A program made the translations under genes and the position numbers. A model generated the notes under the pieces. It was not told the DNA's origin, made no database searches, and worked only from the letters and a program-made list of their open reading frames with translations. From NCBI GenBank assembly GCA_017935485.1, contig JAGBHO010000047.1, forward strand, positions 99,578 through 163,577: a DNA stretch of 64,000 nucleotides, written 5' to 3'. Source of the stretch: Alphaproteobacteria bacterium. GTDB lineage: Bacteria > Pseudomonadota > Alphaproteobacteria > RF32 > CAG-239. Shown in pieces: positions 27,017-36,976 of the stretch (position 1 is its first letter; each line of letters opens with the position of its first letter).

Positions 27017-28405
27017 CTAGAAATTTCTGGCTTTAACTCCCTGTTGCCAATTTCTTTCTATTTCTTCCAGTGAGCGGCCTTTGGTTTCCGGTACAAAGAA
27101 CCGGAAGAAGAAAAGGCTGACAAAGCAAATGCCGGCATAAGTCCAGAAAGTGTATGCTTCTCCGATATGTTGCAGCAAGACCGGAAAAGACAAGACGATT
27201 ATAAAGTTGAAGAAGAAGTTGGATACTGTACATATGCTCATGGCCAGCCCGCGGATGCGCAGCGGCAGGATTTCGGATACCATAATCCATGTTACCGGCC
27301 CCAAGCTGAAGGCAAAACAGGCAATATAGACCATTACGCCGGCGGTGGCGACATATCTTAAGTTTTCTCCGAGAATATCCGCATAATCAAATGCCATTCC
27401 GAGGGTGAGCATACTCAGCATCATGCCGATTGTTCCGGCATAGAGCAGCGGTTTGCGTCCCAGCCGGTCAGTAAATACGATGGCGATTCCCGTCATCAGG
27501 AAATTGACGATACCGACGCCGATTGTTGCGTAAATTGCGGCGCTGTTTTCACTAAATCCGGAAACTTTGAAAATGGTTGTCGTATAGTAAATGACCGTGT
27601 TGATACCGGTGCAAATTTGGGCAAACATCATCCCTACCCCGACAAAAATCGGCATCAACATCCATTTTTGAAACTGCAGGCGGTTGTTTTTGCCTTTTTG
27701 TTCGGATTGCAAAGTGGCTTTAATCTCTTTAATGCGGGATTTTATATCTATTTCAGGCTCAATTTTTTGAAAGACTTCAGCGGCTTCCTTTTCTCTTTTT
27801 TTGCTGATCAGCCAACGCGGCGTATCCTGCAGGACAATTATTCCGAGCAGCAGGATAATGGCCGGATAGATACCGGAGAACATCATCAGGCGCCATGAAT
27901 ATTCGGAGTCTGCATAAATTCCGTTAATCAGATATGAAAACAAAATGCCGGCGGTGATGGCGAGCTGATATAAAGAGACAAGCATGCCTCGGATTTTTTG
28001 CGGTGAAATTTCGGACAGATAAATCGGAACAATGAAGTTGACCATGCCGACAGCAACGCCGACCAACATACGGGCGGCAATCAGGCTGCCGACATTCGGG
28101 GCAACGGCCGAAAAGACAGAACCGGCAATAAAAATCAGGGCTGTTGCGATGATGATTTTCTTTCGTCCGTATAAGTCAGACAAAATGCCGTTTCCGGCAG
28201 CGCCGATTACAGCGCCGACAATGGCCGAGCTGACAACCCAGCCTTGAGCAAAGGGTGACAGCTCCCATTCGGTATTGATAAACAGCATGGCACCGGAGAT
28301 TACGCCCATGTCAAATCCGGCCAGCAGGCCTCCCAATGAAGCAACGATTGTGACGAGGTATAACCAGAAATGGCGTTTTTTGCTTAACAGTGCAAAGATT
28401 TTCAT
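27017..28405 (-). CDS. MFS sugar-porter family transporter
   Basis: 12-TM protein with sugar-porter signatures GRKKIII, DTPRWLISKKREKEA and PETKGRSLEEIE. Confidence 0.85.
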   Translation of the reverse strand: MKIFALLSKKRHFWLYLVTIVASLGGLLAGFDMGVISGAMLFINTEWELSPFAQGWVVSSAIVGAVIGAAGNGILSDLYGRKKIIIATALIFIAGSVFSAVAPNVGSLIAARMLVGVAVGMVNFIVPIYLSEISPQKIRGMLVSLYQLAITAGILFSYLINGIYADSEYSWRLMMFSGIYPAIILLLGIIVLQDTPRWLISKKREKEAAEVFQKIEPEIDIKSRIKEIKATLQSEQKGKNNRLQFQKWMLMPIFVGVGMMFAQICTGINTVIYYTTTIFKVSGFSENSAAIYATIGVGIVNFLMTGIAIVFTDRLGRKPLLYAGTIGMMLSMLTLGMAFDYADILGENLRYVATAGVMVYIACFAFSLGPVTWIMVSEILPLRIRGLAMSICTVSNFFFNFIIVLSFPVLLQHIGEAYTFWTYAGICFVSLFFFRFFVPETKGRSLEEIERNWQQGVKARNF

Positions 28406-28492
28406 GGCTTTTCTCCGATTTGTTTTTAAAAGTTTTTTCTAATATAATACATTATTATCGGGTTTTAATCAATCTTTCCTGAAAAGATTTGA

Positions 28493-29143
28493 TTATCCCA
28501 ATAATGTCAAAACAATACCGATGACAACGGGAATGGACAAGTTGTCGTCAATTTCAATCCGGTCTTCAAACATTTCGGCAAAGGTTGCAGCCAGACAGGC
28601 TATGACGCCGGCATAGGTAAAATGGTATATCGGTTCATAGCACATATTAATCAGCAAAGCGCTCATGAAAAAAGCCGCCGTTCCTTCCAGCGATTTTTGC
28701 TTGTATAATTTGCGCGTTCCGTAGGCTTTGCCGAATAAAGCAGCGCAGGTGTCTGAGACCAGCATAACGGTTAAGGCAATGACCGCTACGGGTTTTGAGA
28801 ACATAAGCGTGCAGGCGATGGCCGCCATTAATACATACATCGAGCCGCTGACCTGAAATGTCTGACGTCTGGTTTCTTTGTTGCGCAAAAGACGAAAGAA
28901 AAGTATGCCGAAAGTTTTTCTGGCCCAGCGGTATCGTTTGTAGTTGGCATATTCCAATATCGTATTGCCGACGAACAATACAGAAAACACCATAATGGCA
29001 AATCCGGGATGGGTGAAATATATCAAAGCCGGAATCCACAGTGAGCTCAGATGTATGCTTTTACGGAAAAGTTCTTTTTTGAAAGATTTTTGCAGACGTA
29101 ATTTTTTGCGCGCCTGAATTTGGGCAATGAGCTGTTTGAGCAT
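28493..29143 (-). CDS. CTP-dependent polyprenol/diacylglycerol kinase-like (CDS/dolichol kinase superfamily) membrane protein
   Basis: 216-aa polytopic protein with a C-terminal signature resembling this superfamily (VSDTCAALFGKAYGTRKL...KSLEGTAAFF). Confidence 0.5.
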   Translation of the reverse strand: MLKQLIAQIQARKKLRLQKSFKKELFRKSIHLSSLWIPALIYFTHPGFAIMVFSVLFVGNTILEYANYKRYRWARKTFGILFFRLLRNKETRRQTFQVSGSMYVLMAAIACTLMFSKPVAVIALTVMLVSDTCAALFGKAYGTRKLYKQKSLEGTAAFFMSALLINMCYEPIYHFTYAGVIACLAATFAEMFEDRIEIDDNLSIPVVIGIVLTLLG

Positions 29144-29854
29144 TTATTTTTCCAGTTTGCTTTTTATCTTGCTGAGTGCCGGCTTGACTTCCTGCCGGTC
29201 AATCACTTTTATCAGGCTGTATGTGCCCTCTTCCGCCATACGGTTATTATAAATATTGGCAGTGGCTTCAAGTTTTTCAATATCAATGTTCATATAGGCA
29301 AAGGTGCAGACAACAACGTAAAGGCAGCTTTCAAACAGGCGGCGGCCGAACCGGGGAGACGGCAGGCTTGTGAACAGAAACGCTCTGGTCAGGCGGACGC
29401 AGACGAACGTAAAAACGGCAATGGCTGCAAGAATCAGAATAACCGGATAAGTTTTGCTTACCGTTTGGTAAATTTCGCAAATATATTCCCAGTAGTTGCG
29501 GTTTTCAAACAACAAAGCCGTGTTATAATCTTTCCACAACAAAATTCCTATGGTTTCTTCTATTGTGGTCAGAAAGACATAAATGCCGAACGAGGCAACG
29601 GTAATAATACGGTCTGTCGGAGAATTCTGCCATTTGGGGGGCAGGATCAAAAGATAAAAAACGTATGGGAGCAACAGGTATAATGTGGAAACTGCAGTGG
29701 TCAGCAATAACACGCCGGAGGTTTTTACCATGCTGAAAAAGCTTAAATCAAGTTCCTGATATTTGAGAAAAGTCAATATCAGCAGCTCCAAAGCTTCTAT
29801 GACAAGGCTGAAGATAAGTACCGGTATCAGCCGTCTGACAATAAATGAATTCAT
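29144..29854 (-). CDS. polytopic membrane protein, function unknown
   Basis: 236-aa ORF with about 5 hydrophobic helices. Its stop abuts the ATG of the downstream gene, so the two are probably one operon. Confidence 0.5.
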   Translation of the reverse strand: MNSFIVRRLIPVLIFSLVIEALELLILTFLKYQELDLSFFSMVKTSGVLLLTTAVSTLYLLLPYVFYLLILPPKWQNSPTDRIITVASFGIYVFLTTIEETIGILLWKDYNTALLFENRNYWEYICEIYQTVSKTYPVILILAAIAVFTFVCVRLTRAFLFTSLPSPRFGRRLFESCLYVVVCTFAYMNIDIEKLEATANIYNNRMAEEGTYSLIKVIDRQEVKPALSKIKSKLEK

Positions 29855-29988
29855 TTTGCTACCCCTGCGTGTTTATCAACTGCAAGATTATATGCTTATG
29901 CGGTTTATGGCAAGTTTTTTTTTATGTCTGCTCACAGTAAACATTCTAAAATATGCACAGGCTTATGTTGGCAAATATTTTGTTTTTC

Positions 29989-30306
29989 TCAAGAATTAAA
30001 AAGATTTTTGATTGACAATACCAGAGTTTGATGGTTTTCTTCCGTTCGCCCGTGGCCTGCAAGACGATGTCCGGTATCGGTTGCCGCACTCTGAAAATAG
30101 TGAGTGATAAATAATCTGGTGGCATAACTCAGCCCCAGTTCAGGGTCTTTGTATTTGGAAATAAATTCAATCAACAGGTTTCTTGATGTTTTTTCCTTTT
30201 TGCAGATTTCTTTCAGGGCATCCCACTCTGCCACGCATAAACGCATGCTGGTCCGCCGTTCATTGACATTAATTATACGGTTACATAATTTCGTATTTTT
30301 CATCAT
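29989..30306 (-). CDS. ribbon-helix-helix domain protein (RHH_4-like)
   Basis: The segment RRTSMRLCVAEWDALKEICKKEKTSRNLLIEFI...ATRLFITHYF matches the remembered pattern of alphaproteobacterial RHH_4 proteins (RSVxLExxFWxALxEIA...SxxxLVxxI). Confidence 0.45.
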   Translation of the reverse strand: MMKNTKLCNRIINVNERRTSMRLCVAEWDALKEICKKEKTSRNLLIEFISKYKDPELGLSYATRLFITHYFQSAATDTGHRLAGHGRTEENHQTLVLSIKNLFNS

Positions 30307-30472
30307 CTATACTTTAAGTTGTTATTTACTAAATATAGATACTACATCAACTAAATTTATATTACAATTAAAAAACTCAAACAACACAATATTTTATATT
30401 ATTGGTAATCTATGTATATAAAATATTGTATATATTTGGCGCTTTTATATGAGAGAATCGAAATTTATGCCT

Positions 30473-31363
30473 TTAATGAAGCTCAATGCAGATGAGATCA
30501 TATTTTTTTAGAAATTTTATGGGCTTATAGTTCAACTTTACGCGCCTCAGCCCTTGGTCGTTCAGATCTTGTTCCCGATTTACAAGGCGGAAGCCCGGAT
30601 TGTTTTCCAAGAACAGCTGATTTATTGCGGCATAAGCGCCTTTGAAATTGTACAAGGCTTTTTCAAAGTGAATGATAATTTCATCTTTATTGATAATTTC
30701 TGCAATTGTATAAGCAACGACATCGCCATCAATGCGCAATATTCCGCCCAAAAGGTTGTGACAGAGACTGTCCCAGTTATGCAAAATGCGGCAAATGGCA
30801 TTGTGTTCTTCCTGCAGGCAGGGAGCGTCGGCATTTTCCGGCTGAGCCAGCCAGATATTTTGAAAAGTGCAGATTTCCGCAATGTTTTTTGAGGTCATAT
30901 TGTCATATTCGTAATCGTACATTTCTTTGAACTGATTGGCGGCTTTCCTTTTGCTGCGGAACTTCTGCCCGCTCAATGCCGTCAGTTCGGCTGCATCATA
31001 GATGTATTCCCAATTTCCGCGGTCTTCTTTGGTAAAAATTTGTCCGGGGTAGTCTTTTGCCAACTGGCGGGCAAGACCCTCCGGAATGCGGTAGAATTTG
31101 ATACAGCCGTCACTGAGCCGGCTGATGCGCTGCGGCCAGTCTTTTTGCTGCCAGTTGCCGATCGGTGAATACATATGGCAATGGTTTTTGCCGCGGCTGC
31201 ATATCCAGCACAAGTCATCATCATAGGACAGCTCAAAATGATATTTGTCATTCCAGCCCCACATATTGATAAAAGAATAGTCAGCGCTTTTGTCCCGACA
31301 TTTTTCATAATACAGCCGGTAGCGGGGGCAATCTTCTATTTCCAGCGGATGAAAATGTATCAT
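30473..31363 (-). CDS. DUF2156-like (lysyl-phosphatidylglycerol synthase C-terminal domain family) protein
   Basis: Start set at ATG 31363 (MIHFHPLEIEDCPRY...), 2 nt after the upstream stop. SADYSFINMWGW and a later acyltransferase-like region resemble DUF2156. The 70-codon N-terminal extension in the track overlaps the neighbouring gene. Confidence 0.5.
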   Translation of the reverse strand: MIHFHPLEIEDCPRYRLYYEKCRDKSADYSFINMWGWNDKYHFELSYDDDLCWICSRGKNHCHMYSPIGNWQQKDWPQRISRLSDGCIKFYRIPEGLARQLAKDYPGQIFTKEDRGNWEYIYDAAELTALSGQKFRSKRKAANQFKEMYDYEYDNMTSKNIAEICTFQNIWLAQPENADAPCLQEEHNAICRILHNWDSLCHNLLGGILRIDGDVVAYTIAEIINKDEIIIHFEKALYNFKGAYAAINQLFLENNPGFRLVNREQDLNDQGLRRVKLNYKPIKFLKKYDLICIELH

Positions 31364-31364
31364 T

Positions 31365-31748
31365 TTACTTCTTTCCGCTGATGCAGTCATCGCCGTTAAA
31401 ACTGTAGGAACTGACCGTGCCGTTGATGATGGTAAAAGACGTGCGGCAGTAATAAGTTTTGAAGCTGCCGTTTGACGGATAGCCATAATTGTCGGTGGTG
31501 ATTGCAGGATAATAAACTTCATTGCTGTAAGCATCGGTTTGTCCGTCAACCGGTTTGGCAAAAGTTTTGGCATAGGTTACGACTTTTTCTTCCGGTGTCA
31601 GGTAGAGCGTGTTGTCCGGCGTGCCCCAGCCTTCGTACAAGCTGAGTTCGCTTTGTCCGACCCATTCTCTGAGTCCGGCGGCATAATTTCCGGAATTGGC
31701 AGAGGCGCATCCGGCAAGCGCCAACAGCATGAAAAATACATAACGCAT
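31365..31748 (-). CDS. lipoprotein, function unknown
   Basis: Signal peptide with lipobox LLALAGC. 127 aa. Confidence 0.6.
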   Translation of the reverse strand: MRYVFFMLLALAGCASANSGNYAAGLREWVGQSELSLYEGWGTPDNTLYLTPEEKVVTYAKTFAKPVDGQTDAYSNEVYYPAITTDNYGYPSNGSFKTYYCRTSFTIINGTVSSYSFNGDDCISGKK

Positions 31749-31822
31749 CGGTTTCTCCTTCTATCAGAGAGATTTAATATTCGCCGGCGCACAGACAACC
31801 TAGCCATTAGGCTAACAGAGCG

Positions 31823-33124
31823 TTATATAAATTTGACGGGAGACGAAGTTTTGTGTTGAAGCTTGGAAAGGTTGGCTTCATTAATTTTCAGTTCAAGGCA
31901 GAGTTTGTCTTCATGCAGTCTGGTATTCAGGATAAGCGCGTTTTGATGCTGCCAAGCCAGCAGAGCACCGTCAGCGGCCGGAATATTCAGGCTGACGGTT
32001 TTATTTTGTTCGGACAGGATTTCATCAATTTTATGCAAAAATTCTTCTATGCCCGCGCCGGTCAAAGCCGAAACCGGCAAAGTATTTTTCTTTTTGTTTT
32101 GTTTTAAGTTCTTTTGTTGTTCAGGCGACAATAAATCCGTTTTGTTCAGTAGTTCAATATAGTTACTCTGCTCTTCCGCTTCGTTCAGTCCGAGGCTTTT
32201 CAAAACAGAGATAACGTCGCGGCGCTGAACGGCGGTGTTTTCGTTGGCAATGTCCCGTACATGGACAATAATGTCAGCGGCCAAAACTTCTTCCAGCGTG
32301 GCACGGAAAGACATAATCAGTTCATGCGGCAAATCGGAAATAAAGCCGACGGTATCCGACAGGATAACCTCCCTGCCCGACGGCAGTTTGATCTTGCGCA
32401 GCGTATTGTCCAAGGTGGCAAAAAGCAAATCCTCGGCAAAAACGCCGGCATTGGCGATGCGGTTGAACAAAGAAGATTTGCCGGCATTGGTATAGCCGAC
32501 CAGAGCCACGACCGGATAAGGCACTTTTTGTCTGGCCCCACGCTGCAATCCGCGGGTTTGTTTGACTTTTTCCAGTTCCTTTTTGATGCGGACAATCTTG
32601 TTGTCGATAATGCGGCGATCCAATTCAATCTGGGTTTCGCCTGGGCCGCCCAAAAATCCGGCACCGCCTCTTTGTCTTTCCAAGTGCGTCCAGCTGCGTA
32701 CCAGACGGCTGCGCTGATAAGTAAGATGTGCCAATTCCACCTGCAGTTTTCCTTCACTGGTTTGGGCACGTTCACCGAAGATTTCAAGAATCAGAGCCGT
32801 ACGGTCAATAACCTTGATGTTCAGTTCTTTTTCCAAATTTCGCTGTTGGATCGGCGTAAGCGAGGTATCTATGATTAACAGCTCTGCTTCAGCCAAACAT
32901 GGCCGGAGCTTATCCAATATGCCGCGGCTGAAAAAAGTTCCCGGTTTGATTTCCCTTATTTTGACAATTTCACGATGCGTAACTTCAAGATTGATTGCCA
33001 GAGCCAGCCCGCAGGCTTCTTCAAGACGAGCCTCGGGAGAAAGCTCGGCGTTTTTGCCGCTGACACAAGGGTAAACGACACAAGCACGGGATTTGTGGTT
33101 TGAATTTATCTCAATTATCGGCAA
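31823..33124 (-). CDS. hflX: GTPase HflX
   Basis: G1 GYTNAGKSS, G3 DTVGF, G4 NKTD, plus the HflX N-terminal domain. Lies immediately downstream of hfq. Confidence 0.9.
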   Translation of the reverse strand: MPIIEINSNHKSRACVVYPCVSGKNAELSPEARLEEACGLALAINLEVTHREIVKIREIKPGTFFSRGILDKLRPCLAEAELLIIDTSLTPIQQRNLEKELNIKVIDRTALILEIFGERAQTSEGKLQVELAHLTYQRSRLVRSWTHLERQRGGAGFLGGPGETQIELDRRIIDNKIVRIKKELEKVKQTRGLQRGARQKVPYPVVALVGYTNAGKSSLFNRIANAGVFAEDLLFATLDNTLRKIKLPSGREVILSDTVGFISDLPHELIMSFRATLEEVLAADIIVHVRDIANENTAVQRRDVISVLKSLGLNEAEEQSNYIELLNKTDLLSPEQQKNLKQNKKKNTLPVSALTGAGIEEFLHKIDEILSEQNKTVSLNIPAADGALLAWQHQNALILNTRLHEDKLCLELKINEANLSKLQHKTSSPVKFI

Positions 33125-33127
33125 GGC

Positions 33128-33358
33128 TTATGCTTCGTTTTCCCGAATTTCAACCTCAACGGCTTCGGCCGGCATGATGGTTGAAACCGCATGTTTGTAA
33201 ATCAGCTGGGTGTGGCCGTCTCTTCTTAACAGCAGAGAAAAGCTGTCAAACCAGGTAATGATTCCCTGCAATTTTACGCCGTTTACCAAAAAAACGGTAA
33301 CGGAAATTTTGTTTTTGCGGATGTTTTCCAAAAAATCTTCCTGTACATTCTGAGACAT
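33128..33358 (-). CDS. hfq: RNA chaperone Hfq
   Basis: Sm1/Sm2 motifs ([39 protein letters not shown]...[11 protein letters not shown]). Confidence 0.95.
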   Translation of the reverse strand: MSQNVQEDFLENIRKNKISVTVFLVNGVKLQGIITWFDSFSLLLRRDGHTQLIYKHAVSTIMPAEAVEVEIRENEA

Positions 33359-33413
33359 GTTTTTTTCCTTTAATTATTATATTTTTTTATTAGTTTAACA
33401 ACATTTTGTCTTA

Positions 33414-34052
33414 TTAGTAAAGCATTGTTTGCAATAAAGGTACAAAATCTTTCAGCGACCGCAGTTTATAATCAGGCTGCCGGCCGATGTAACGGCCGTA
33501 ACTTTTGACGATTATGACCGGACACCCCAGTGTTCTGGCCATCTCGACATCCGAAGCGCCGTCGCCCAGAACCAGCATTTCTCCGGCAGGCGGAATTTGT
33601 CCGCAAAACAATCCCGTGCAGGCTGTCGCCTCGTTTTTGTTGGTTACATAATCTCCCGAGCCGCATATTCTGACAAAGTAATCCGTCCAGCCGCAAAATT
33701 CTATCTCACGTCGCAAAATTTCTCGGTCTTTGGCACTTTGTATATAGCATTTTATGTTGTTGTTCCGGCAGAAAGCCAGAATTTCTTCCGCACCGCGGCG
33801 CTTGCTGATATATTTCAGGTGATTCTCCCTCATAAAGGCATAAAAATATTGTTTGGCTTCTTCCCGAATCTCAGGGGCAAAAACGAGTTCAAAAATATTT
33901 TTGTCAGGATTGGCGGCACAGGTTTCGCGGATATACTGATAAGTTATATTTGTGATGTTGAAGCGGGAAAAAGTTTCTTCAAAAGAAATTTTTAAAAAAC
34001 GCACGGTATTTACAAGCGTGCCGTCCCAGTCAAAAATAATATGTTTTATCAT
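33414..34052 (-). CDS. HAD-superfamily hydrolase
   Basis: Motif I IIFDWDGTLVNT and a late GDGASD motif. Confidence 0.7.
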   Translation of the reverse strand: MIKHIIFDWDGTLVNTVRFLKISFEETFSRFNITNITYQYIRETCAANPDKNIFELVFAPEIREEAKQYFYAFMRENHLKYISKRRGAEEILAFCRNNNIKCYIQSAKDREILRREIEFCGWTDYFVRICGSGDYVTNKNEATACTGLFCGQIPPAGEMLVLGDGASDVEMARTLGCPVIIVKSYGRYIGRQPDYKLRSLKDFVPLLQTMLY

Positions 34053-34067
34053 TGTTTGTGCCTTTGC

Positions 34068-35423
34068 TTAAGAAAATAGTTTTTCGGCTTTTTTAACGGC
34101 ATCGGCGCCGACATAGACAACAAGCCGGTCATTTAAGCCGATTTTTTCCTGCGGCAGCGGAAAAGAAACTGTTTCATTACGATAAAGGGCGCAGATTTTG
34201 CTGTTGGGCGGAAGCTTCAGAGCTGAAAGCTTTTTTTCAAGCAGTTTGGAGGTTTCTCCGACCTTTACCTCCCAGATTTCGCCGAAGCCGCGGCCGAGCG
34301 AATGTGCCTTAACAATTCGGGCCTTGCGGATTTCTTTCAGAATATGGGATATAGTGACGGAAGAACGGTCAACCCACACATTTTCGGGCGCATTAAGCAG
34401 GTTTGTGTAAGCGCGTGAATTTATCAGAGATATGGTTGATGTGGCTCCCAATGATCCGGCCAGCAGCGGGAAAAGCATATTATCCTTGTCGGATTCCGTT
34501 ATACTGACGGCAACATCGGCGTTTTCAATGCCGGCTTCCTGAATTATGGCATCGTTCATCAAATTGCCGTTGATGACGGAAGTTGTGTTCAGATGTTTAG
34601 CCAGCCGGCGGGCCGCGGCCGCGTCGCCTTCAATGATCTTAACGCTCAAGATATTGTCATCGCGCTCCAGCTTTTTGGCAAGGTGCAACGCTATCCGGCT
34701 GCCGCCGAAAATAACAACGCGTTCGACCATCGGCTTGTCCATGTCAAAAGCATGAATGGCGTCATAAAGTTTGTTCTTTTCTACCAGGAAATAGACTTCG
34801 TCCCCCTCATCCAGAATGTCTTCATCCCGCGGAATGAACGAAGAGCCGTTGCGAATGAGGTTGACAAAGGAGACATCGAGTTCCGGCGCCAGCAGAGAAA
34901 GCTGGCTCAGCGGCGTTTTAATCAGAGGACATTTTCTGTTGCAGCGCAGGCCGACCAATTTTAGTTTATCATCACACAAAGACAGGGATTCCAAAGCGCC
35001 GGGCAGTTTTATCAGGTTGTAAATTGCCGTGGCGATAGAAATATCAGGCGAGATAATCAGGTCAATCGGAGCATCGCTGTCATTATACAATTCTGCCCAG
35101 TCGGGGGAAAGAAACTCCTCATTGTCAAGACGGGCGATTTTTTCCGGAATATTAAACAAGGTATGAGCCAGCTGACAGGCCACGATATTGACTTCATCAC
35201 TGTCAGTGACGGACAAGAGCAGATCCGTATTGGCGGCATTGGCGTTTTTTAAGGTTTCGGGATGCGAAACCGAACCTAAAATCGGGCGCACATCCCAGGT
35301 TCCGGAGATTTCATCCAGATTTTTGGAGTTGCTGTCAATTACGACAATATCGTTGCTGCCCTGAGTCAGATAGCCGATAATACTGGCTCCGACACTGCCT
35401 GCGCCGCCGATGATTATTTTCAT
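34068..35423 (-). CDS. trkA: Trk system potassium uptake protein TrkA
   Basis: Two Rossmann NAD-binding repeats (MKIIIGGAGSVG and VVIFGGSRIA) with RCK_C-like segments. 451 aa. Confidence 0.85.
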   Translation of the reverse strand: MKIIIGGAGSVGASIIGYLTQGSNDIVVIDSNSKNLDEISGTWDVRPILGSVSHPETLKNANAANTDLLLSVTDSDEVNIVACQLAHTLFNIPEKIARLDNEEFLSPDWAELYNDSDAPIDLIISPDISIATAIYNLIKLPGALESLSLCDDKLKLVGLRCNRKCPLIKTPLSQLSLLAPELDVSFVNLIRNGSSFIPRDEDILDEGDEVYFLVEKNKLYDAIHAFDMDKPMVERVVIFGGSRIALHLAKKLERDDNILSVKIIEGDAAAARRLAKHLNTTSVINGNLMNDAIIQEAGIENADVAVSITESDKDNMLFPLLAGSLGATSTISLINSRAYTNLLNAPENVWVDRSSVTISHILKEIRKARIVKAHSLGRGFGEIWEVKVGETSKLLEKKLSALKLPPNSKICALYRNETVSFPLPQEKIGLNDRLVVYVGADAVKKAEKLFS

Positions 35424-35435
35424 AATCTTTGTCCT

Positions 35436-36404
35436 TTAGCTTTTTGCACAATTATTAAAATAGTCATCTATTGCCGAAAAAGCATCCGCAAAATTGTCAA
35501 TCTTTACATAATTCTCCCGAAAGCGACGGGCATCACGCAGATTTTTGCAGTACCAGCAGACATATTTGCGGGACAGCGGCAAAGCTAACTTTTCTCCATA
35601 ATAAGATGCCAATTCTTTAATATGGGTTAACAGGATTTGTTTTGTCTGCAAAACGTCCGGTTCCGGCAAAAGGCTGCCATTTTCCAGATAGTTGTGGCAG
35701 GCATTGATAAGCCATGGCGCTCCGAGGGCGGCACGGCCGACCATAACACCGTCAACGCCGGTGTAATCAATCATTTCTTTGGCTTTTTGCGGCGAAGTAA
35801 CATCACCGTTGCCGACAACCGGAATTTTTACCGCGTTTTTAACCTTGGCAATGCTGTCCCAATCTGCCGTACCGGAATAAAAATCGCTGCGGGTGCGGCC
35901 GTGAATTGTAATATAAGATGCCCCGCTCTGCTCGCACATTCGGGCGGTGTCAACGGCATTGACACGGGTGTTGTCCCAGCCTTTGCGGAATTTGACGCTG
36001 ACTTTTAACGGTGTGGCCCGCACAACGCTTTCTATGATTTTTCCGGCCAGCGGCAGGTCTTTGAGCAACGCCGAGCCGGAATTGTTGTTGACGATTTTTT
36101 TGACAGGACAGCCCATATTAATATCCAGAGAGAAAGCTCCAAGCTCGGCCACAAGTTTGGCCGCTTCGGCAAACAGCTGCGGTTCTCCGCCGACAAGCTG
36201 CACAATAACCGGATAATTTTCTTCTCTGACATCGGCTATGCGGTAGCTCTTGGGATTGCGACGCTGCAATGCGTTGACGGCAACCATTTCCGAAACAATG
36301 TTGCCGGCTCCGAGAGAAGCAATCAGCCGTCGCATCGGCCTGTCGGTAATTCCGGCCATCGGCGCCAGAAATATCCGGCTTTTAAAGTTCATGTCACCAA
36401 TCAT
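35436..36404 (-). CDS. dusB: tRNA dihydrouridine synthase B (NifR3 family)
   Basis: LAPMAGITDRPMRR, DINMGCP and HGRTR motifs. Confidence 0.85.
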   Translation of the reverse strand: MIGDMNFKSRIFLAPMAGITDRPMRRLIASLGAGNIVSEMVAVNALQRRNPKSYRIADVREENYPVIVQLVGGEPQLFAEAAKLVAELGAFSLDINMGCPVKKIVNNNSGSALLKDLPLAGKIIESVVRATPLKVSVKFRKGWDNTRVNAVDTARMCEQSGASYITIHGRTRSDFYSGTADWDSIAKVKNAVKIPVVGNGDVTSPQKAKEMIDYTGVDGVMVGRAALGAPWLINACHNYLENGSLLPEPDVLQTKQILLTHIKELASYYGEKLALPLSRKYVCWYCKNLRDARRFRENYVKIDNFADAFSAIDDYFNNCAKS

Positions 36405-36964
36405 ATTCTAAAATCAAAACTCCGATTGTTGGGATGCATAAAATCTATAACGATTTTGGGTTCATTATTGATATTAAACACAAAATTATAAGCTTCGCTG
36501 GCGTATCTGATATTTTGTGCCGTATTAAAAGTTTGCAGCCAGTTGTCGTTAGCGATCGATGTTATGCCGCCCTCATAGATCCGGCTGACGTGCTGAGCGG
36601 AATATTGCGGAAGGAAAGACTGCAGTTCATATGAAAAATCAGTTTTTTCAATTTGTTCAGTTTTGTTGTTTAATTCATTGTCTGAATTTTCTTCTTTAAC
36701 ATATTGTTTATTTGCTTTATGTTGCTCCGTTTGCAGCATGTCCGGCTGAGAAATGAATTTTTGCAAGGCAAAAGCCGAACCGGGAGACAAACAGCCTATA
36801 TTAAGAAAGCTGAAGTCAACCGAAGTTTTTTCAGAGAACCGTTCCTGCTGTTTTTCATAAGAAAAAGAGACGTTTTTATCTTTGTTGGCAGACAAACGGC
36901 TGACTGATGACGAAATTTCGTCATATATGCGGTTTAAACCATATTCAGCCCCGGAAATCTGCAT
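36401..36964 (-). CDS. hypothetical protein
   Basis: 187-aa ORF overlapping the dusB start by 4 nt and lying 12 nt downstream of the giant coiled-coil gene. No motif recognised. Confidence 0.5.
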   Translation of the reverse strand: MQISGAEYGLNRIYDEISSSVSRLSANKDKNVSFSYEKQQERFSEKTSVDFSFLNIGCLSPGSAFALQKFISQPDMLQTEQHKANKQYVKEENSDNELNNKTEQIEKTDFSYELQSFLPQYSAQHVSRIYEGGITSIANDNWLQTFNTAQNIRYASEAYNFVFNINNEPKIVIDFMHPNNRSFDFRI

Positions 36965-36976
36965 TTTTCAGCCTTA

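Noticed and set aside
31364-31573. 70-codon N-terminal extension of the DUF2156-like ORF, and similar extensions of 18954..19823, 19741..20592, 8298..10238 and 3329..3838
   Set aside because: The extensions overlap the upstream gene or lack homology-like sequence. Internal ATGs with better ribosome-binding sites and tight gene junctions were preferred.
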